DNA of 64,000 bases from Candidatus Caldarchaeum sp. (GTDB taxonomy: Archaea; Thermoproteota; Nitrososphaeria_A; Caldarchaeales; Caldarchaeaceae), in NCBI GenBank assembly GCA_038831915.1, contig JAWBKB010000001.1, positions 64,001 through 128,000 on the forward strand. Direction: 5' to 3'. The position numbers and the translations under genes were made by a program. Shown here one piece after another: positions 58,342-64,000 of the stretch. The notes beneath the pieces are model-generated. The model was given only the letters and a program-made list of their open reading frames with translations. It was not told where the DNA came from and did not search any database. The first letter of the stretch is position 1. Each line of letters starts with the position of its first letter.

Positions 58342-59637
58342 TCATGTCCTCGAACATTCGAGTTGTCGTGCAGCCCTGAGAAGAAGCGATTCTTCGAAAG
58401 GCTTGCCTACTAAAGTGAGGCCTATGCCTCGGTCATGGGTTAAAGGCATCGTAACTGCAGGGTAGCCGAGCAGCGCCGCGGGCATGCCGAAAGACGTGTC
58501 CACACTTTCCTCATCGCCTCCGACCTGAAACACCGTGGCCAAAAGATGAAACTGTTCAAACAGCTTCTCGACGCGGATATTAATTTCGTTTCTCTTTTTG
58601 AGTGCTTTGAGGCAATCGACGGCGGATGTTGTACGGCCTGCCAATAGTAGTTGGCGTGCGTTTGGCCCGTATTTGTCCCTCCATTCCTGAAAGAAATCGT
58701 CGTGGAAGGCCGCGGCTTCGGCCAAGCCGATTCGTGTCCATAAATCCGCCAAGCCGTTGATCGAAAAACGAGCTTCAACCGCAGAAAATTCACAACGATC
58801 GCACAAATTCATCAACCTCTCAACGCCGACATATTTCTCCTGGGGTGCGATGATGCCGATTTTCAGTCCTTCAGGCTTGCGGAATATCTGTGACATGTAG
58901 CGGGGCACTTCGGCGTAAACACTGCTTTCATCCATTAGGTCGAACCCGGCTGTGGCCTTCAACACGGCTGCCAAATCTTCGCCACTTTTTCCAAAAAAGC
59001 AAACCGCGTCAAGCGAGTAACTTACCGGAAGAACTCCATGCCTGCTTACCCTTCCAAAAGAGGGTCTGAGTGAAACCACGCCGGCCATGGTTGCGGTAGT
59101 CGGCAAAAAGCCGTCACTATCAGTTCCGACAGCTATCGAGGACAAGCCTAGAGAAACTGCTGCAGCTGAGCCGTTGTTCGAGTCGTGCAAGGGGTTTCCG
59201 TTCATCAGCTTTACCTGTCCATAGTAGGGGTCATCGTCCTTGTTTGCGAGAGAGAACTCGGTCAGGTTGGTTTTTCCGACGACAACGGCGCCTGCTTGCT
59301 CGAGTTTGGCTAAGACCGTCGCGGTTGTTTCGGAAATTTTATCCGCAAACAGCTTTGAACCATAAGTTATTCTGACGTCTTTGAAATGTATGTTGTCTTT
59401 GACTCCGATAGGTATCCCTTGAAGAAATCCACGGACTATTCCACGGTTAATTTCGTCCTCGATTTTTCGAGCCTGTTCCAAAGCCTTAGACCTACATAAA
59501 GTGATGAACACATTATGCGATGAATTCATCTTTTCAGCTCTATTGATTAGCTGTTCGATCAGTGTAACGGGTGAAATAGTCCTGCTCCGAAGCTTTTCGC
59601 CCAACGCTGTCACCGTGATGTTATCCATTTTGACCAC
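58342..59637 (-). CDS. Amidase-signature (GatA-like) protein, probably catalytically inactive
   Basis: LQGIPIGVKDN, VGKTNLTEF, RPSFGRVSRHGV, SLD retained; GGSSGG reads HDSNNG and GGSIR reads DGFLP. Confidence 0.85.
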   Translation of the reverse strand: MVKMDNITVTALGEKLRSRTISPVTLIEQLINRAEKMNSSHNVFITLCRSKALEQARKIEDEINRGIVRGFLQGIPIGVKDNIHFKDVRITYGSKLFADKISETTATVLAKLEQAGAVVVGKTNLTEFSLANKDDDPYYGQVKLMNGNPLHDSNNGSAAAVSLGLSSIAVGTDSDGFLPTTATMAGVVSLRPSFGRVSRHGVLPVSYSLDAVCFFGKSGEDLAAVLKATAGFDLMDESSVYAEVPRYMSQIFRKPEGLKIGIIAPQEKYVGVERLMNLCDRCEFSAVEARFSINGLADLWTRIGLAEAAAFHDDFFQEWRDKYGPNARQLLLAGRTTSAVDCLKALKKRNEINIRVEKLFEQFHLLATVFQVGGDEESVDTSFGMPAALLGYPAVTMPLTHDRGIGLTLVGKPFEESLLLRAARQLECSRT

Positions 59638-59713
59638 CTATGAAGACACGTACTTTCACAAATATGCTCAATAAAGTCATGTATAATTAACGGTGTTTAT
59701 CTGAAGGCTTGGT

Positions 59714-59962
59714 TTGGAGCCGAAATACTTCGTCGAAGTCAAAACAGCGGATAAAGCCTACAAGGTTGAGGCTGAAGCTTTGGAAGCGGTGAAAAATGTG
59801 ATAAAGGGCAAAATGCTCGCCCGCATGAAAAAAGAATACGTCGACTGTCCTGTCGCGGGAGCGCCGGTGGCTTTTCTCAGCTGCTTCGTCTGCGTCAGCT
59901 ACATTCGACGAGTCCGTGGAGTGGTTCACTGCGCCGGCAGCGAAAGGAGGACCAGAACTTGA
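59714..59962 (+). CDS. Small Cys-rich hypothetical protein
   Basis: VDCPV...CFVC...VHC, four Cys. Confidence 0.7.
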   Translation: MEPKYFVEVKTADKAYKVEAEALEAVKNVIKGKMLARMKKEYVDCPVAGAPVAFLSCFVCVSYIRRVRGVVHCAGSERRTRT

Positions 59963-60204
59963 GCAGATACACGCTCTTTTTTTCAGGCGTGGTTGTTCTT
60001 GTTTTCGGACTTTTCATGGCTTTCGCAGGCCTGCCTTTCTCCTACATTTTCCTTTTCTCCGGAATTATAATGACCGTCGCCGGGTTCTTCATAAAATCGA
60101 CCGTAACCGTCGAGCCGGAGCAAGGGAAAAAATTCTGCTGGTACTGCTATGAACAAATTCCAGCCGACGCCGGTATCTGTCCCCATTGTAAACTCAAGCA
60201 GTAA
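59959..60204 (+). CDS. Two-TM protein with C-terminal zinc ribbon
   Basis: Two hydrophobic helices then KFCWYC...ICPHCKLKQ. Confidence 0.8.
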   Translation: MSRYTLFFSGVVVLVFGLFMAFAGLPFSYIFLFSGIIMTVAGFFIKSTVTVEPEQGKKFCWYCYEQIPADAGICPHCKLKQ

Positions 60205-60207
60205 TCT

Positions 60208-62679
60208 CTAATCTGTCAAGAGAACTTTCAACGGAATGTTGGCGTACAACGCTTTGACAATTTCTTTGCCGTGGCTGGAGTTTTTCCTTACAGCTATCAT
60301 TCCTTTTCTTCCAACAGTTGCTGAAAAAAGAAATTGGTTTCCAGCGTAGATTCCGACGCTTTTGCCAGCCATGGAGGGGCCTAATTCGATGCGCAGGCTA
60401 TTGCCTGATTCCGATATCTTGAATTCCACCTCTTTCCCGAAGGAGGGTATTCTGGGCTCAACATCGATTGATACTTCGAGCTCTTTTTCGATTTTGCTTA
60501 TGTTTTCGCCTTTACGGCCTATGACGCGAGGTATGGCGTCGGGGTCGACTCTTACCACATATCGGTTTCTCGAAACCTCTTCCACTTCAACGTCCTCGTC
60601 GAAATTTTGGAGAGCTTGTTTGATCTTTTCCTTTATTTCGCGTTGTTCCACGACGAGTTGTTCAGATATTTTTCGCACGGGGATTATCACGTTTTCCTCC
60701 CCAAAGGTGTAGATTTCATATTCGAGCTGGTTCGTGAGGAAATCCCTTACCTCGACCAAAGGTCTTGCCAAGTCCTCCTCGGTCATTCCAGTTGGAACTC
60801 TCACTGTCATGTTCAGTGTGTAGACTTTTGTTATGTTGCCGGCTTCGAGAAAAACTACTGTGTCGATAATGTGTGGGATCATGCCGAGCTCGACGCGGCC
60901 TATGAATCGTTGAATAGCGCTGACAGCGTCGCTGGAATGAACGACGCCGATCATCCCGACGCCTGCAAGCCTCATGTCGCTGAAAATCTGAAAATCCCTG
61001 TCCTTGCGGATTTCGTCGAAAACCGTGTAGTCAGGCCGCACAAGCAGCAGAATTTCCGCTGTTTTCTCAAAATCTCCCTCAAGAGGCCCGTATTGTGTGA
61101 TTTCTGGCCCGACTTGAAGGTCTCGCGGTGACTCGAGCGTTTTGACGATTTTTCCTTTACGGCTGTAGAATTCGGCTAGGCTTGCTGCGAAAGTTGATTT
61201 TCCACTTCCAGGGGGGCCGGCGATAAGAATTCCCTCGGCTTTCTTCTCGAACCTTTCGAGGAGACGTGGAGGTAGATTATAATCTTCGATACGTAGCTTG
61301 ACTATAGGCCTGACAACGGTAATTTCGAGGCCGTCGCTGAACGGAGGTCTCGCAACAGCTATTCGGTAGTTGCCTATCTGTGCTACGAAAGCACCTGCGC
61401 GGACTATTTCGATGCTCCCCTCAGGCTTGACCCGTGCGTATTCGGTGATTTCTTTGATTAGGTTGTTGAGTTCCGATTGTTCAAGAGGCCTCTCGTCGAG
61501 TTTGATGAGTTGAAAGTTGCCGGGTTTCCCGCGTTTTGCCATTAATGGCGCGCCTTCCTTGAAATGAAGGCTTAACGTGTCCTCGGTAAAGTACTGTTCG
61601 AAAGACATTTTCGCCGGAAGCTCGGTCGGAGGAAAATATTTGACTGCAACGCCTTCGGTTTCTGCGACGAGTGATTGGACGTAATCAGAGGTGTATAGGA
61701 CAGCGTTTTCACGTTTCGCGACTTCTCTAATGAGCGCGTCTATTCGGCCTTTCCTCGCGAGTTTGATATCTTCTAGACTCGGCCTTTCTCCAACTATCCT
61801 AATTGTCAACCGGTGTTGAGAAGCGAGAGACCTTATTTTTTTCAGCTCATTTAGTCCAACAAATCCCGGCTCTCGCTTCTGTGATGCTTGGGCTTGCAGC
61901 TCGTCTATAGCCGCTGCAGGAATGATTAGTTCAGCGCCGTCAATCTGACTGGTTTCGACTAGCATCGCAACAGTGCCGTTGATGATGGCTGAAGTGTCAG
62001 GAACTATTTTCAACTGCTGATGTTGACCAGAAATTCCGAGATGGTTTAACAATTCACGTGGACTGTGAACAATTTGTGTCACTCCAGCTTGCGTCATTTC
62101 TTCGGCTGAATGATAGCCCCAGGAAACTCCTATGAAACGGGCTCCCGCCGCTGATGCTGCTCGGAAATCGTTTATGCTGTCTCCGACATATATCAAATTC
62201 GAAGGATAAATTTTCAATTCAGATAAGATTTTTAGCAGAATGTCGGGCCGTGGCTTCATTTTTCCCACGTCATCTCTTGTGTAGAGTTTTTCGAAATATG
62301 ATTCAAGCCCGGTTTTTCGAAGAGCTTGGACGGCCGCTTCTCGATGACTGTTGGTTGCGACGAATAGCCTGTAACCGTTTTTCCTCAGCTGTTCGAGGAC
62401 TTCGATGATTTCTGGATATGGCTCCGCGTCGGCGGCGGCCTTCAGCTCATCTTCCCGAAGAATCCGTAAAACCTCCTCGCGCATTTTTTCAAAAACTACA
62501 GATGGCATTGCTGAGGCGGCCCTGTCGAAAAAATCTTGGAACGATTCTTTTTCGGACATTTGGATGCCGTACTTCAAAACTAGTTCGGCCGCTTTTCTTT
62601 TGGCTTGAGAGAGGTCGATTTTCATCTTGATTAGCGTACCGTCGAGGTCCATTACCAAAATTGTCGAACCGTCATTCAC
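60208..62679 (-). CDS. HAD phosphatase fused to PIN-domain ATPase with KH domain (PINA)
   Basis: HAD motifs DLDGTL, ATN, KPRP, GDSIND; PIN VPDTS; Walker A GPPGSGKST, ESPRDL, FDEIR; KH GRKG. One uninterrupted frame. Confidence 0.9.
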   Translation of the reverse strand: MNDGSTILVMDLDGTLIKMKIDLSQAKRKAAELVLKYGIQMSEKESFQDFFDRAASAMPSVVFEKMREEVLRILREDELKAAADAEPYPEIIEVLEQLRKNGYRLFVATNSHREAAVQALRKTGLESYFEKLYTRDDVGKMKPRPDILLKILSELKIYPSNLIYVGDSINDFRAASAAGARFIGVSWGYHSAEEMTQAGVTQIVHSPRELLNHLGISGQHQQLKIVPDTSAIINGTVAMLVETSQIDGAELIIPAAAIDELQAQASQKREPGFVGLNELKKIRSLASQHRLTIRIVGERPSLEDIKLARKGRIDALIREVAKRENAVLYTSDYVQSLVAETEGVAVKYFPPTELPAKMSFEQYFTEDTLSLHFKEGAPLMAKRGKPGNFQLIKLDERPLEQSELNNLIKEITEYARVKPEGSIEIVRAGAFVAQIGNYRIAVARPPFSDGLEITVVRPIVKLRIEDYNLPPRLLERFEKKAEGILIAGPPGSGKSTFAASLAEFYSRKGKIVKTLESPRDLQVGPEITQYGPLEGDFEKTAEILLLVRPDYTVFDEIRKDRDFQIFSDMRLAGVGMIGVVHSSDAVSAIQRFIGRVELGMIPHIIDTVVFLEAGNITKVYTLNMTVRVPTGMTEEDLARPLVEVRDFLTNQLEYEIYTFGEENVIIPVRKISEQLVVEQREIKEKIKQALQNFDEDVEVEEVSRNRYVVRVDPDAIPRVIGRKGENISKIEKELEVSIDVEPRIPSFGKEVEFKISESGNSLRIELGPSMAGKSVGIYAGNQFLFSATVGRKGMIAVRKNSSHGKEIVKALYANIPLKVLLTD

Positions 62680-62732
62680 AGAAAATTCACCAATCATGTA
62701 TCCATAAATGGGACATCATAAACTTCTATCAT

Positions 62733-63917
62733 GTGAAAAAAGTCGCAATTGTGGGTGTTGGTCAGTCGCCTTTCGGAAGAATATCTAACAGAAACATAAA
62801 CGAATTGGCGTGGACGGCTATAAAGCAAGCTCTAGAAGACGCTGGAATAACTCAGAAAGACGTGAAAATGGTTTCTCTTTCGAACGTGGGCGGCTGGAGC
62901 GCCGAACCTCTTCCAGCTATTTCAGTTAATGAATATTCTGGGTTGACGGGTGTGGGTACTTACAGGGTGGAAGCGGCGTGTGCTTCTGGCTCAGCGGCGC
63001 TTTCCACGGCTTATGGATTTGTTTCATCTGGCTCAGTTGACATCGCGCTCGTGGTTGGTGTTGAGCGGATGAACGAATCACCGACGCCCACTGCTGTTGA
63101 GTTGATAGGACGGGCTGGAAACTATTTCTGGGAATTCAGCATGTTTGGATTAACTTTTCCCGGATACTACGCTCTTTACGCAACAGCCTACATGAACAAA
63201 TTTGGAGCGACCGAAGAGGACCTCGCTAAAATCGCTGTGAAAAACCATTTCTACGCTTCCTTTAACGAGAAAGCATCGTTCAGAAAAAGAATAACAGTCG
63301 AAGACGTTTTGAAAAGTAGGCCGGTTGCGTGGCCTTTGAAGTTGCTTGATTGCAGCCCTATAACGGATGGAGCTGCCGCGGTTGTGCTAGCATCTGAAGA
63401 CGTTGCGAAAAAGCTGACGGATACACCGGTCTGGATAGCCGGCATAGGTTTCGGCTCAGACACATCAAATTTGAGCAAACGACCTGATTTCGTCGGTCTG
63501 CGAGCTACAAAAGAAGCCGCAGAACAGGCTTACAAACAAGCCGGCGTCGACCCGGGCAGGGCTGCGAAAAGCTTCGACGTTGCTGAAGTACATGATTGCT
63601 TCACTATCGCCGAGATATTGGCCTATGAAGACCTTGGCTTCGCCGCGCCCGGTCAAGGATATATGTTGGCTCGAGAAGGTGAAACCTACAAAGGTGGTTT
63701 GATCCCCGTCAACCTCGATGGTGGGTTGAAAGCGAAAGGTCATCCAATCGGTGCGACGGGTGTTAGTATGGCTGCTGAAATAACATCACAGCTGCGTCAA
63801 GAACTTCCACTGGATAGGCAGGCTGACATAGTCAAGGGCATGGGACTTATTCACAACGTCGGCGGCACAGGCCATTACGCGTACATTACTGTTATCTCTC
63901 TCACGAAGCCGGTGTAA
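62733..63917 (+). CDS. Thiolase (acetyl-CoA acetyltransferase), archaeal type
   Basis: VEAACASG, KNH, CSPITDGAAA, EVHDCF, GHPIGATG, HNVGG. GTG start. Confidence 0.95.
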   Translation: MKKVAIVGVGQSPFGRISNRNINELAWTAIKQALEDAGITQKDVKMVSLSNVGGWSAEPLPAISVNEYSGLTGVGTYRVEAACASGSAALSTAYGFVSSGSVDIALVVGVERMNESPTPTAVELIGRAGNYFWEFSMFGLTFPGYYALYATAYMNKFGATEEDLAKIAVKNHFYASFNEKASFRKRITVEDVLKSRPVAWPLKLLDCSPITDGAAAVVLASEDVAKKLTDTPVWIAGIGFGSDTSNLSKRPDFVGLRATKEAAEQAYKQAGVDPGRAAKSFDVAEVHDCFTIAEILAYEDLGFAAPGQGYMLAREGETYKGGLIPVNLDGGLKAKGHPIGATGVSMAAEITSQLRQELPLDRQADIVKGMGLIHNVGGTGHYAYITVISLTKPV

Positions 63918-63921
63918 AACC

Positions 63922-64000
63922 ATGACGTCGATTCCACGCGAGGAACTTGAAAGAATGGTTAGGACATGGCTTGAAATGGTTGAGCAGATTACGCGTAACG
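63922..64000 (+). CDS. Partial CDS, possibly the DUF35 (Zn-ribbon/OB) partner of the thiolase
   Basis: ATG 4 nt after the thiolase stop, open to the window edge. The product is guessed from context only. Confidence 0.4.
   Translation, partial: MTSIPREELERMVRTWLEMVEQITRN

Noticed and set aside
1-64000. CRISPR arrays, rRNA, IS elements, ORB-type origin and the many short antisense ORFs
   Set aside because: I found no repeat-spacer periodicity, rRNA motifs, transposase or ORB boxes by eye; the short ORFs overlap confidently identified genes.

Overview
Gene-dense archaeal chromosome segment. Its gene content (SMC-ScpAB, TFE-beta, PolB2, histone, F420 enzymes, Rpo3 with a Cys4 loop) suggests a TACK archaeon, most likely Caldarchaeales/Aigarchaeota or a relative; this is inference only. 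Most of it is core machinery: an smc-scpA-scpB-rps8e-srp19-gar1-tfb-tfeB-rlmE superoperon, nop5-fibrillarin-rnhB-NTPase-trm1, rpo3-rpl18e-rpl13-rps9-rpo10-eno-rps2, rpl3-rpl4-rpl23-rpl2-rps19, priL, tRNA-Leu(CAG), SRP RNA, FBP aldolase/phosphatase, GDH, PMM and thiolase. The ORF track misses a 58-aa alpha3-truncated histone, a 60-aa pilin, the M24 gene at the left edge and two probable CTG starts. The most unusual items are a HAD phosphatase fused to a PIN-ATPase-KH (PINA) protein, an acyl-CoA ligase gene broken by three in-frame TAA codons with no frameshift, an apparently non-catalytic aminopeptidase-P gene divergent from smc, a shortened SMC hinge, a pseudo-amidase, a 7-gene MoxR/DUF58 envelope operon, a tandem-SIS protein abutting an F420 oxidoreductase, and a decaying pilin locus with an apparent deletion junction. 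I saw no CRISPR array, rRNA, transposase or integrase. All calls come from motif recognition by eye; no searches were run.
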